Assembly: GCA_023667245.1 (NCBI GenBank)
Contig: JAMPAL010000001.1
Location: 65,317-129,316 of the forward strand
DNA: 64,000 nucleotides
Source of the DNA: Anaeroplasma bactoclasticum
Lineage (GTDB): Bacteria; Bacillota_I; Bacilli_A; ML615J-28; CAG-313
Reading direction: 5' to 3'
The notes under the pieces were generated by a model. The model saw only the letters and a program-made list of their open reading frames with translations. It searched no databases and was not told the DNA's origin. Positions 52,539 through 62,560 of the stretch are shown one piece after another. Each line of letters begins with the position of its first letter. Positions within the stretch are counted from its first letter, which is position 1. Made by a program: the position numbers and the translations under genes.

Positions 52539-54044
52539 CTATTGATTATTATTAGGACTTAACGTTACAACTTCTCCTCCTAAATTTGTATTGACGCCTT
52601 CATAGGAAATTTGATGTGCATTAGCAAAGCTACTAGGAGCATTGCAAGCTGCATATCGTTCGGATACCATTGGTACTTTATAAACCGTTCCATTGATATT
52701 ACGATATAAGTAAACTTCATGCCAAACACAATTTACGCTTGCTGCGTTGGTTTTTTGCGTCGGTTTACCCTCATTTGCTACTTGATCTAGTGCGCATACA
52801 CGTTTAAATTCTGCTTTGTATACCCCCATACCTTTTGATGGAAATTCTGGAGATAAGAAGACTTTAGAATAGTCTAGTCCTAATTGATAACTTGCACGTT
52901 TTTGTACATATGTTTCGATTGTTGTTTCTTCTAATAATTCAATTCTTAATTGCAAATAATTTTCCCTTGGAGCAAATACACTCATTCGAATCGTATCACC
53001 AGGATAATAATAATAACAAGTATCTTGCCAAGCAGCATTTGCAAAATGGTTACCAGAATCAATCCATCTCCAAAATGGACGATAGGCTACTGATTTTGAC
53101 CAATCTACAACTCCTGTTGTTCCATTAGCCCCTACTGTCCAAGATACGCCCACATCTGATTCAGAAACACTATTTCCACCTAAATAAACAGATGGGTTAT
53201 CCATATACCGGAATGCACTTGCATCGTATGGACTAACGCCTGTTCTTTTTTCATCTGGAATAAATTCAGGTAGTGTAACGACAACCTCAATACCTGACCA
53301 ATAATCACGACTAGATACACATTTACGATATACTGCCCCCGCAAATTCACTGAGTCTACCAGGCTTAATCTCACCTTCTATTGTACCGGTAAAGACATTG
53401 GCTTTGTGCCATAAAGCAGCCGGTGAAAAATTAGAGTCTTGTGGAACTGTAATCTCAAATTTTTTTTCATAGTTATGCATGTTTAAACTTAAGTGTGCGG
53501 TAAGTGTCACTACTGTTTCTTGTTGAGGTAATACGACTTTACCTGTTGAATCAATAATTTCTGGATGACTGGATAGCCAAACGATGCTAACGGTTTGGTT
53601 ATCTGCATTTTTACTAGATGGAAGTTGAATGGATGTATCTAGTGTTTGTGGCAAAATCAAACTGTTTGCTACTTTTTCTAAGGTTTGCATACTTGTATCT
53701 CCTAATACCGTAATAATAAATGTTTGCTTTAACGTTTTGCCATCAAGAGTGGCAGTACCGATTAAAATAACGGTTTGTGAAACCTCTTTTCTATGAATTA
53801 CCCCTTGATTGGTCATCACACTTTCATTGCTGGACTCCCAAACCACTTGGATAGTTTTAGATTCATATGTATAGGTATCTGTTAAATTGAGATGTTGATC
53901 CAATTCAGCAGGTATATGTAAAGAGGTAAAGAATTGCTCTAATATGCTTGTTTTACTAGAAGTACAACTACCTAGCAATAATAGCACAAAAAGGCAAATA
54001 TTGCAAAAAATTAGTCTAGATAATTTAGTCATAGTAGTCCTCAT
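52539..54044 (-). CDS. Secreted lipoprotein: two small Ig-like domains plus a ~300-aa C-terminal domain of unknown function
   Basis: 501 aa with lipobox LLLLGSC. Two repeats of the pattern LP..LD....L......TI.VVWxSS......G.V.R.....V.L.A...L seen in many Firmicute surface proteins. The C-terminal Trp/Tyr-rich domain carries no motif I can name. Confidence 0.55.
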   Translation of the reverse strand: MRTTMTKLSRLIFCNICLFVLLLLGSCTSSKTSILEQFFTSLHIPAELDQHLNLTDTYTYESKTIQVVWESSNESVMTNQGVIHRKEVSQTVILIGTATLDGKTLKQTFIITVLGDTSMQTLEKVANSLILPQTLDTSIQLPSSKNADNQTVSIVWLSSHPEIIDSTGKVVLPQQETVVTLTAHLSLNMHNYEKKFEITVPQDSNFSPAALWHKANVFTGTIEGEIKPGRLSEFAGAVYRKCVSSRDYWSGIEVVVTLPEFIPDEKRTGVSPYDASAFRYMDNPSVYLGGNSVSESDVGVSWTVGANGTTGVVDWSKSVAYRPFWRWIDSGNHFANAAWQDTCYYYYPGDTIRMSVFAPRENYLQLRIELLEETTIETYVQKRASYQLGLDYSKVFLSPEFPSKGMGVYKAEFKRVCALDQVANEGKPTQKTNAASVNCVWHEVYLYRNINGTVYKVPMVSERYAACNAPSSFANAHQISYEGVNTNLGGEVVTLSPNNNQ

Positions 54045-55551
54045 CTAAATTATATTTGATTTTAAACGATGCCTCAATCAATGACGAGAGGTTAGTCATC
54101 CTTGCTCTAATATCATCAATTTCTCCTTTTATAGCACTTTGGATGGTTAGCATATAAGAACCTTCTGTTTGTGCTTTTGCCTCATCTAGACTATAAAAAT
54201 AATCTGGATAACCTTTGGTAATAATCGAACGATGACATTCGATAGATGATAAACTACCATAATAAGAAATGATTCTTTGATCAATATATTCATCTATATA
54301 ATCATCAATAGAACATTCTTTTGTTGTTTCATCTATTTCTGGGAAAACTTGCATTTCCGACCAAATTTTAAAGATAATTTCATCATATAAAGTTGAGTTT
54401 TCATATCCTGGTTTGATATTTTCCTTCGAATAGGAAGAAGAAATCACAAATTGTGTTTTACCATAAACATCATTGATGTAATAGTCTGATAAATTGGTTT
54501 TATCTTTTACATTCGGTCCTACAGGATACGGAACAAAACCAATTTCAAAGTCTTTATCTAACCATTTATTCGATTGATAAATCCAATAAGATTGACCATT
54601 ATGGAAAGCAACCTTTCCTTTTACCATTTCGGTTGAAGTAGCATTCGCTAAATCACAAGAGTCAATATCCCAGCGAATCGTTGAATTGAGTGTATTTAAA
54701 TAAGATAGTGTATCAATAGCTGCTTGAGAAGTAAGTTGACACTTTAAATCACCATCAATGACATGTACACCATTTGCACCTAACATTTGATATGCCCAGT
54801 TATAAGCCGTTCCGCCCATTACATAATAATCATTAGGTAATACTTGGTCTAATTTGGTACAAATTTCTGTATATTTATCCCATGTCCATTCTCCATTTAA
54901 CCATAATCTGCTAGGTAGATCACCATTTCCTTCGCCTAAATAGTCTTCTAGTAAATCAATATTATAAAAAATTCCTTCATCAGCAGTAGGATAAATGTCT
55001 TGATAGGAATAGATTTCACCAAGAGCAGTTCCATATGCTTTTGCTTCTTTCCAGTATCCTTTTACACCATAAGCTTCAATCAGTGAAGTGAGTGGGGTAA
55101 TCGAATTGGCTACAGCTAACGTACCAATAGAATAAGATGGTACTTCATAAATATGTGCTTTAGGTGTCCCTGCTGCACTATTTTGAATGATATATCTTTC
55201 TCTCGCTCCACCCCAAGATGCATCAGAAGGATAAGGTACATATTCTACTTTAATATTGTACTTCTTTTCAACTGCTTCAATTGCTTTTACTTTTTCTTCT
55301 TTAAATAGTTTGGTGTAATTGGCATTACGCGGATCAGATGTAGATACAACATCTACCATAATGGTGAATTTAGCACCCATAAAGTCGTATTCCACTTCAT
55401 CTTGATTGCCACCATTGCCACCCGTATTTCCCCCATTTCCACCTGTGTTACCACCATTATTTGGAGTAGGTTTCTTTTTACATCCTACCATACTTAAAAC
55501 AAGTATGAAACATAACAGTAGTGTACAAATTTTCAATTGTTTGTTTTTCAT
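54025..55551 (-). CDS. ABC transporter extracellular solute-binding lipoprotein (carbohydrate type)
   Basis: 508 aa with lipobox LVLSMVGC and a Gly/Asn-rich linker NNGGNTGGNGGNTGGNGGNQ. Its size and its position directly upstream of two sugar-type permeases support the call. Confidence 0.75.
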   Translation of the reverse strand: MKNKQLKICTLLLCFILVLSMVGCKKKPTPNNGGNTGGNGGNTGGNGGNQDEVEYDFMGAKFTIMVDVVSTSDPRNANYTKLFKEEKVKAIEAVEKKYNIKVEYVPYPSDASWGGARERYIIQNSAAGTPKAHIYEVPSYSIGTLAVANSITPLTSLIEAYGVKGYWKEAKAYGTALGEIYSYQDIYPTADEGIFYNIDLLEDYLGEGNGDLPSRLWLNGEWTWDKYTEICTKLDQVLPNDYYVMGGTAYNWAYQMLGANGVHVIDGDLKCQLTSQAAIDTLSYLNTLNSTIRWDIDSCDLANATSTEMVKGKVAFHNGQSYWIYQSNKWLDKDFEIGFVPYPVGPNVKDKTNLSDYYINDVYGKTQFVISSSYSKENIKPGYENSTLYDEIIFKIWSEMQVFPEIDETTKECSIDDYIDEYIDQRIISYYGSLSSIECHRSIITKGYPDYFYSLDEAKAQTEGSYMLTIQSAIKGEIDDIRARMTNLSSLIEASFKIKYNLDEDYYD

Positions 55552-55571
55552 AATTAAATCCTTTCTTTTTC

Positions 55572-56579
55572 TTATCCAACAATACCAGATCTCTCAATTC
55601 CTTCCACAAAGAATTTTTGAAGAAAGAAATACATAATGAGTACGGGCAACATCACAAGTATGCCTGCCGTATTCAAAATCATCGATACAAATAATGGGTT
55701 ACTGGTTACATCTTGCCCCATTAATTGCCAAATGTTTGCCTGGAGGAGTGCTTGTTGTAGCGACCCGCCAGAAGCCATCGTTTGTAGTTGTGTAGCTAAT
55801 GTATACACATCTGTGGCGCCATTAATAAAGAATAAATTGGTATAATAGTAATCATTCCATTGCCATACAAAAGCAAGTAATAGTACCGTCAAAATAGTGC
55901 TTCTTACGCATGGAAACATGACTTTTACAAATACTTGGAATACATTGCATCCATCCATATAAGCGGCTTCTTCTAACTCTTTAGGCAGTCCTTTAAAAGC
56001 TTGCCTAAACAAATAAATAAAGATACCTGATTTAATCCCCATACCTAAACCTGCCATTAAGAATAAGACATATTTTTTCCCAATGAGCCCTGTTTTGGCA
56101 AAATTAATATACATCGGTAAAGACACCATTGTTTGTGGCACAATAATTGTAAATAAGCTCAAGAAAAATAAAACCTTTTTTCCCTTAAAATCCAATCTAG
56201 CAAAAGCATATCCTGCGCAAGCAGTAGAAATCATTTGCAATAGGGATACAGTTAAAGAATTGAAAAATGTTGTTCCTAATGCTTTCCAATAATTGAGGGC
56301 TGTGATGGCAATTTTAAAATTCTGAATTGAAAATTGCTCTGGAATCCACATGACTTTAGGATTATTGACATCAGTTGGTAAACGAAAGGCTACAGCCAGT
56401 TGTAAAAATAATGGGTATAAAATAATAAATGAAATACCTATCATAAATACATATTTGATGATATCAAAGATAATTTTGAGACATTTTGATCCTACAACCT
56501 TCCTTTTTTGGGGCGTTGCTAACGATTCTTTGATCCGTTTACTGGCATTTTCGAAAGGCTTTTTGACTATTTTATTCAT
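55572..56579 (-). CDS. Carbohydrate ABC transporter permease (MalG-like)
   Basis: 335 aa with six hydrophobic helices and the EAA loop LEEAAYMDGCNVFQVFVKVMFP. Confidence 0.85.
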   Translation of the reverse strand: MNKIVKKPFENASKRIKESLATPQKRKVVGSKCLKIIFDIIKYVFMIGISFIILYPLFLQLAVAFRLPTDVNNPKVMWIPEQFSIQNFKIAITALNYWKALGTTFFNSLTVSLLQMISTACAGYAFARLDFKGKKVLFFLSLFTIIVPQTMVSLPMYINFAKTGLIGKKYVLFLMAGLGMGIKSGIFIYLFRQAFKGLPKELEEAAYMDGCNVFQVFVKVMFPCVRSTILTVLLLAFVWQWNDYYYTNLFFINGATDVYTLATQLQTMASGGSLQQALLQANIWQLMGQDVTSNPLFVSMILNTAGILVMLPVLIMYFFLQKFFVEGIERSGIVG

Positions 56580-57747
56580 GATTATTCACCGCCTTTTTTA
56601 AGAATAGATACAGTAATCCCATAATCAATAAGTTCACTCCAAAATAAACAATAGCAATCGTAGAAGACATACCATAAGATATTTTAGCTCCTGATGAATC
56701 AGTTGTCATCATTCGAATCAATTCGCTAGATGCAAAACTATCTACAATAGAATAAATCAATACTGGAAGAAACATTCTAGAAGCCATTGGCACAGTAATT
56801 TTACAAAAACAATCATATGCGGTGGCACCTTCAATTTTAGCCGCCTCATACAAGTGTTTTGGAATAGATTGGAGTGCTGCTATAAAAATCAAAATTTGGA
56901 TACCAGATTTTGTTACAATGGTAAAGATACGATCAACTGCTTGAATCAAGAATTGAATCAAACCCTCACCAATGCCCATATCTAGTAAGAATGTTTGAAT
57001 GCCTGATGACATTTGGGAAAAACCACTCATCGTTGAATCCATTGTTGTACCAAATGAACCACTTAGAGCTAAACTAATTACTGTTGTGTTATAAATAACA
57101 GGTATAAAGAAAACCATTTTAAAGAATTGATGACCTTTGAATTTGGTATTTAACACTACAGCAACCAGTAAACTAAATATAAAAATAACAGGAACATTGA
57201 TAAGCATTTCTAAAATCGAGTTCGTTAATACTTCTAAAAAGGTTTTTGTACCAAGCATTTGTGTTTTAAATAGATTGATATAATTTTCCATACCGACCCA
57301 TTTAATGGTTAATCCTCCAGCAACACTTGTAACTTCATTAAAACTCCAATAAATTGTCATACATAGTGGAATGGCAAAGAATAGCGCAAACCCAATTAGC
57401 CATGGTAAAACTAAAACATATCCACCTACTGCTGATTGTCGTTTAAAACTCATCGTATTAAACTTGTGAAGCATCGATTGAAAAAAGTTAAGTTGGATAT
57501 AAGTTCCATTCTCTATTCGCAATTGATTGATTTGGTTCTTTTGAATTTGGGTTTTTATTTTTAACTCTGCATGTTCTAATCGATTGAGTTTTTTGACATT
57601 GGGTCTCTTTTTTGCATTTTCTTTTTGAATTGTTTCGACATATTGTTTTCTCACTGTTTCTAGTTTTGTCAAAAGGGTAGCCTGATGTTGATTCAATTTT
57701 TCTTGTAATCGTGTTTGTTCTTCTTGTGTCAAGTGCTTTTGTTTCAT
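56572..57747 (-). CDS. Sugar ABC transporter permease (MalF-like) with a ~100-aa N-terminal coiled-coil extension
   Basis: 391 aa with the EAA loop LYEAAKIEGATAYDCFCKITVPM. The N-terminal Gln/Lys/Glu-rich helical segment precedes the first TM (GGYVLVLPWLIGFALFF). Confidence 0.85.
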   Translation of the reverse strand: MKQKHLTQEEQTRLQEKLNQHQATLLTKLETVRKQYVETIQKENAKKRPNVKKLNRLEHAELKIKTQIQKNQINQLRIENGTYIQLNFFQSMLHKFNTMSFKRQSAVGGYVLVLPWLIGFALFFAIPLCMTIYWSFNEVTSVAGGLTIKWVGMENYINLFKTQMLGTKTFLEVLTNSILEMLINVPVIFIFSLLVAVVLNTKFKGHQFFKMVFFIPVIYNTTVISLALSGSFGTTMDSTMSGFSQMSSGIQTFLLDMGIGEGLIQFLIQAVDRIFTIVTKSGIQILIFIAALQSIPKHLYEAAKIEGATAYDCFCKITVPMASRMFLPVLIYSIVDSFASSELIRMMTTDSSGAKISYGMSSTIAIVYFGVNLLIMGLLYLFLKKAVNNHE

Positions 57748-57748
57748 C

Positions 57749-60394
57749 TTATGCCCCCTTTCTTACTACTTGATATTGACCAGATGGCACAATAATTCCT
57801 TGATAGTCAAAATCTGTGTTGCTATAATTGAGTACGATTTGTGTGCCATTGCTATACGTTGTTTTGACAATATTCGCATCTGGATTCAAATATTCATGTC
57901 CAACTAATCTTGCTTGGTAGATATCCAAACGATTTAGTTCTTGATAAACATCCAGCGTGCGTTGGTACCAGTTTTGATAATATGTTGCATACAAATAGTT
58001 ATATTCTGTATCTACTAAATCAATGGTTGTCTCATATGTCCATGTCATAGCTATATTAGATAAAGTTTCAATCGCCTTCATTTTGTGATAATCAAAAGAG
58101 TAGGCATCATCTACATTAAAAGATGTACTAGAATAATCGATATACCCACTAACAACAAGCTGATAGAAAGGAACATCATACAATACAATTGCATAATCTG
58201 TTGCATGAGTTGGCACATCTAAAGCTACATGCGTATACGGTAGTGCATAGTCGTTTGGTGTAGTTAAGAGCATTTGATATTCATTTTGATATCTATCCAT
58301 TACTTCATTAAAGTACGCTTTTGTTTGTGTTTTAAAAATCATATCCTTCGATTGATAACTGCCATACATCAGTTGTCCAATATCAGAAAAAGCGATTTGT
58401 TTCATTTTCAATTTTTCTAAAAAAGAATCTATTTTTTCAAATGATGATGCATATGTTGTTGGCTTTAAAACATATTGTGGTGTTGTGGTTTGATCTTGTA
58501 AATACATTGATTCTTTGTTTTGATAATGGACAACGGTTTGACCATATTGATTGGCAATCAGTTTTTGATTTTGAACATATTTGTCCGTATAAAGCGTGGC
58601 TAGTTGAAACATTGGATAAAAAGAAATTTGCTCTTTTCTTAATGTCTCTTGTAAATTCAGCAATTGCTTCTTAGAGGCAATCGATGAATTGATCTTGAGC
58701 CGTCCATTGTAAGTAGAATGAATACCTTGATTCATAAATCCTTGATAAATGAGGTGTATATCTTGAATGCCATCTTGCTTCAACTGTTCGGCAATCATTT
58801 GTACTTCCTGAGCAGTTGTTAAACTTTCAACGGTATGATACGTTATTCCTAAACGATTACGTGTTGCTAAATATCCTCCAATGAGTGTTAAATCTAATGT
58901 AACTGATGAAGTTTGATCTTGTTTGGTCAATAATCCTTCTTGAATAAGGTAGGATTGATATGCCTTTGCCATTCCCACATATGTCGTATCGTCTTCTAGT
59001 GGCCAAATGTGTAAGACAATAGAAGTATTCATCATTTCATTGGTCCAAGTTTGGATATCACCTAAACCTGATAAAGATTCAAATCGATATGTATCCGTTT
59101 CTCTTAAATAACAGCGGTAATACGTTTGATTATAACCACTCTCATTTCCTGATTGATTCATTTGTGCTACAATGGAGCAGCATTCACTTCCTTGTTCAAT
59201 GATGTGAATCAATCCTTTACTGGATTCATTTCGATCAATTTTCATCCCATACACACCAAAAGAAATTTTGGTTTTTTCTGGTTTCATCGTGTTCGTCATC
59301 TTAGCCAAATCATCCCCATAAATCCGTTGTTCATAACTAGATGCATAAGAACGATTATTATTAAAATCCAAAATAGCGCCACTGCCATCAGGAATCAAAC
59401 TATAACCAGATTCTTCTATTGTGGCGCAAGCAAAATAAGGTAAGATATCAATATAAATAAGTGGATACTTTTCATAATCTACGATCGATTCACGAATGAG
59501 TTCAACTTGTAATCCTTTTTCTTCTAGCGTATACCGAATGGCAACCTCAAAAGTAGGATATGTTTTTTCAACCACTACCCCATGTTCTGCATGGTCAAAG
59601 GCTAAATCTTCTTTTGTATAACCACATACGTTATAGAAAAGTTCATATAAACCCGTAATAGATAACTCATTTAATGCGGAAGGATTACTCAAGGCATAAT
59701 ATCCATGTTCAGTATTCAATTTATAATTTTTAAGATAAGATAGATACATTCGATACGTTGTATATTGAGGATCATTAGATGCCTTTAATTCATCTACATA
59801 AGCTTGACTCTTAGATTGTATCAACTGTTCGAAGCGTTCTTGTGAAATCACTTGTGGAAAATCTGTATAATCCGTTTTGATTTTTCCACCTAGATAGTAC
59901 AAGACTTCAATGCTATTTTCTGTTTTTCGAATAGCATAACGATGCATTTTTTCATAATTAATGGCATAATTATAATTTCCATATTTTGTAGGTGAGCCAA
60001 GGCTACCTGAATAATACAAAGTAAGTGTGTCTGCTTTATTTAAACTCTCTGGTTTAGATTCATAAACTTGCTGATTGATTTTATCCTTTAATATAAAATG
60101 TGTAGTTGTATAATCGATGATGAATTCATACTGATCATTTTCTAATACATCTTGACTCATTTCTAAATCATCATAAGCGATAAAGCCTGTTTTGTCATAG
60201 GGGGTATGCGTTGGAAAGGCCTTTTTCCCTGTAACAACGATGATAATAATTGTACCTAATAACAACAATATAAATAACAAAATACCGAGTTTAACAAAAG
60301 GGAATTTGAAACTTTCTTTTTTGTTTTTGATATATTGCTTGATTTTAATCCACCATTTTTTATAAAAGGGAAGGGTAAAATAATTTTCTTGCAT
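57749..60394 (-). CDS. Large N-terminally anchored protein, DUF5696-like (function unknown)
   Basis: 881 aa with N-terminal TM LGILLFILLLLGTIIIIVV. Its size, anchoring and context (between ABC permeases and a YIP1 protein) match my recollection of DUF5696 loci in Firmicutes. This is not verified by a search. Confidence 0.45.
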   Translation of the reverse strand: MQENYFTLPFYKKWWIKIKQYIKNKKESFKFPFVKLGILLFILLLLGTIIIIVVTGKKAFPTHTPYDKTGFIAYDDLEMSQDVLENDQYEFIIDYTTTHFILKDKINQQVYESKPESLNKADTLTLYYSGSLGSPTKYGNYNYAINYEKMHRYAIRKTENSIEVLYYLGGKIKTDYTDFPQVISQERFEQLIQSKSQAYVDELKASNDPQYTTYRMYLSYLKNYKLNTEHGYYALSNPSALNELSITGLYELFYNVCGYTKEDLAFDHAEHGVVVEKTYPTFEVAIRYTLEEKGLQVELIRESIVDYEKYPLIYIDILPYFACATIEESGYSLIPDGSGAILDFNNNRSYASSYEQRIYGDDLAKMTNTMKPEKTKISFGVYGMKIDRNESSKGLIHIIEQGSECCSIVAQMNQSGNESGYNQTYYRCYLRETDTYRFESLSGLGDIQTWTNEMMNTSIVLHIWPLEDDTTYVGMAKAYQSYLIQEGLLTKQDQTSSVTLDLTLIGGYLATRNRLGITYHTVESLTTAQEVQMIAEQLKQDGIQDIHLIYQGFMNQGIHSTYNGRLKINSSIASKKQLLNLQETLRKEQISFYPMFQLATLYTDKYVQNQKLIANQYGQTVVHYQNKESMYLQDQTTTPQYVLKPTTYASSFEKIDSFLEKLKMKQIAFSDIGQLMYGSYQSKDMIFKTQTKAYFNEVMDRYQNEYQMLLTTPNDYALPYTHVALDVPTHATDYAIVLYDVPFYQLVVSGYIDYSSTSFNVDDAYSFDYHKMKAIETLSNIAMTWTYETTIDLVDTEYNYLYATYYQNWYQRTLDVYQELNRLDIYQARLVGHEYLNPDANIVKTTYSNGTQIVLNYSNTDFDYQGIIVPSGQYQVVRKGA

Positions 60395-60403
60395 ATGTCC
60401 CTC

Positions 60404-61087
60404 CTAAAAGTAGCGCATTCTAATTTCACTATAGATGGCATATACCCACCCTAGTATTTTTTCTACAAACGAAAAGAATAGTAAAATCGCAAAAATAATA
60501 ATCGCTATCACCAAAATGGTAAAAATAATATTCACAATGTTCATTCCAAAACCATTTTCATGAATACCCATAATTCCAAAAAACATCATCCATATGGTTA
60601 AACCAGTTCCTGCACTCATCAAAACGGTATAATACATTGTTTCATCTGCACCAATAAAATTACTCACAATGGTTGCTAAGATAGATAACCATACATAAGG
60701 AAAAAAAGAATAATTGATGACTCTAAAAATGTCTGGCATTTTACCTTTGCCGTCAAACAATGAACCTACACACCAATTGGCAACTGTACCTACTAAAACA
60801 GGTAAAAGAATGGTCAGTATGGTTTTGAATAGATGAAAATGTTTGATATCTGCACCACCTACAATAAATCCTTTTGCGGTAGTATGAATAATCACTGCCA
60901 GTAACATCATCACCAAATAAAATAGGCTCACCCAATTTTTAGCAATTTTTTCATGTTTAAATTCTTCCCAGCCCCGAATCGGATGGACAATCAAATAAAG
61001 GGGAACTTGAAATGTTTCACGAAAGAATGCCGATAAAAATAATTTGACGCGCTGTAATTTTGAATGTTCTTGTTTCATATCTTCCAT
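60404..61087 (-). CDS. YIP1-family multi-pass membrane protein
   Basis: 227 aa. A cytoplasmic N-terminus is followed by five hydrophobic helices. IVHPIRGWEEFKHEK near the first TM is Yip1-domain-like. Confidence 0.55.
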   Translation of the reverse strand: MEDMKQEHSKLQRVKLFLSAFFRETFQVPLYLIVHPIRGWEEFKHEKIAKNWVSLFYLVMMLLAVIIHTTAKGFIVGGADIKHFHLFKTILTILLPVLVGTVANWCVGSLFDGKGKMPDIFRVINYSFFPYVWLSILATIVSNFIGADETMYYTVLMSAGTGLTIWMMFFGIMGIHENGFGMNIVNIIFTILVIAIIIFAILLFFSFVEKILGWVYAIYSEIRMRYF

Positions 61088-61088
61088 T

Positions 61089-62552
61089 TTACATATCTCC
61101 TTCCTGATTGGTGTTTTTCATAAAGCTGCGAATCAATAATCCAATACATCCTACTAATGCAAGGCCCAATATATATGGAGCTACTTTGCTTAGTTTTTCA
61201 TATCGATACTGTTTATACGCTTGAGAATAGTTGTAGACATCGTTGCCAATTTTCAAATTAACCAATGCTTCTTTATAATTGCCTTGTCTAAATTGTGCTT
61301 TTCCAATTCCAGCATATGCCATTAAATAATTGCTATTGAGCGATAAAACATCTTGCCATATTACTGCTGCTGCTTCATATTGATTTTCTTTATACAAATG
61401 TGTTGCTTCATTGACCAATTGACCAAAAGTAGTATATTCAAATACAATTAAATTTTGATTTTTAGAATCTACTGCTAAGACTTTATCTTGAAAATAACAA
61501 AGGGCTTCTGGTAATTGAAATAATTTACTTTGATTAGAAGAAATACCATCAATCGCTGTAGCAAGGCCTCCTGCTTCATACAATAGATTTCCTTCAAAAT
61601 CATAGGCAAAAATACGACCTCTGGTTTTATCTAAAGCAATATAGGTACCATCTTGATTGACATCAATATCTACAAAGGTAGAAGAATCTGTAGGCACATG
61701 ACTTGTTGTTGCTTGAGTAATATCCCCATCATTAGCAATATAACCATTTCTGTTTAGAACATCTTGAGCTTTGTAATTCAATCGTTTAATGAAATGATTT
61801 CCTACAATGGGAGAAGAAACGGTATATACATATTCATCTTGATCGATACATAGATTTAAAAGAGAAGCACCAAAGTTATATCCTTGAGATTTTCGTTGTT
61901 CTTCAGATGTAAATAAAAGCCAAAATGCTTGCCATAGTGAAACAGTTGCTGCATTCACACCATAGAAACGACTAAATGTACCATCAGCATTAAAATCTAA
62001 AATTCCTTCATTGATTCCTTCTGCAACAACATACATTCTCCCTGTTCTACTTACCGCAATTTTTTTAGGTCTAAATGCATAATTTTCGAATACTGCATCT
62101 GTTGGTGTCAATACTTCTTGAACAAGGTGATAGGTTTTATCAAAAATAGCTATTCTGTTATTCCCATAATCACACACATATATATATTGTTCTGTAATGT
62201 ATAATCCTTGAGGATTAGAAAGTGTGGTTTCTTCTGTTGGAAAACGTGTTACATAATTGAACTTTTCATCTAGTACAACAATGGTATTGTTGCTACCATC
62301 ACATAAATAAATGAATTGTTCATCATCTGCAACATCATATAGCTTACCAAATTGATAATGATTTGAAACTAAATTTCCAGATACATCTGTTAAATTAGAA
62401 GAATCAATCGATGCACGTGCTACTAGACTTTCAGCACATGCAATTTCTTCTTGATCAGGTGTATAAATATAGGCTGCATCTATTTGAATTCCTTTTGTAA
62501 ACAAAAATCCTGTAAGTATACATATCCATACAATAACTAAAATTTTTTTCAT
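61089..62552 (-). CDS. Secreted NHL-repeat beta-propeller protein with C-terminal TPR-like helices and a TM anchor
   Basis: 487 aa with a signal peptide. NHL-like repeats: IYLCDGSNNTIVVLD, LSNPQGLYITEQYIYVCDYGNNRIAIFD, MYVVAEGINEGILDF, IFAYDFEGNLLYE. TPR-like: YEAAAVIWQDVLSLNSNYLMAYAGIGKAQFRQGNYKEA. C-terminal TM: APYILGLALVGCIGLLI. Confidence 0.55.
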   Translation of the reverse strand: MKKILVIVWICILTGFLFTKGIQIDAAYIYTPDQEEIACAESLVARASIDSSNLTDVSGNLVSNHYQFGKLYDVADDEQFIYLCDGSNNTIVVLDEKFNYVTRFPTEETTLSNPQGLYITEQYIYVCDYGNNRIAIFDKTYHLVQEVLTPTDAVFENYAFRPKKIAVSRTGRMYVVAEGINEGILDFNADGTFSRFYGVNAATVSLWQAFWLLFTSEEQRKSQGYNFGASLLNLCIDQDEYVYTVSSPIVGNHFIKRLNYKAQDVLNRNGYIANDGDITQATTSHVPTDSSTFVDIDVNQDGTYIALDKTRGRIFAYDFEGNLLYEAGGLATAIDGISSNQSKLFQLPEALCYFQDKVLAVDSKNQNLIVFEYTTFGQLVNEATHLYKENQYEAAAVIWQDVLSLNSNYLMAYAGIGKAQFRQGNYKEALVNLKIGNDVYNYSQAYKQYRYEKLSKVAPYILGLALVGCIGLLIRSFMKNTNQEGDM

Positions 62553-62560
62553 ATGTTCAC

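Noticed and set aside
55406-55636. Pro-rich plus-strand ORF (MPPLPPVFPPFPPVLPPLF...) and the underlying imperfect tandem nucleotide repeat
   Set aside because: It is the antisense image of the Gly/Asn-rich linker (GGNTGGNGGNTGGNGGNQ) that follows the lipobox of the solute-binding lipoprotein on the minus strand. This is a common low-complexity tether, not a separate gene or repeat element.
3512-60935. Short same-strand or antisense ORFs nested in larger genes (e.g. 3512-3718, 14496-14699, 15279-15473, 35119-35388, 37281-37503, 37824-38117, 40545-40788, 43746-44378, 53180-53374, 60256-60441, 60753-60935)
   Set aside because: Each lies wholly inside a longer ORF that has strong family motifs. 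None has an RBS or recognisable motif, so I treat them as frame-shadow ORFs.
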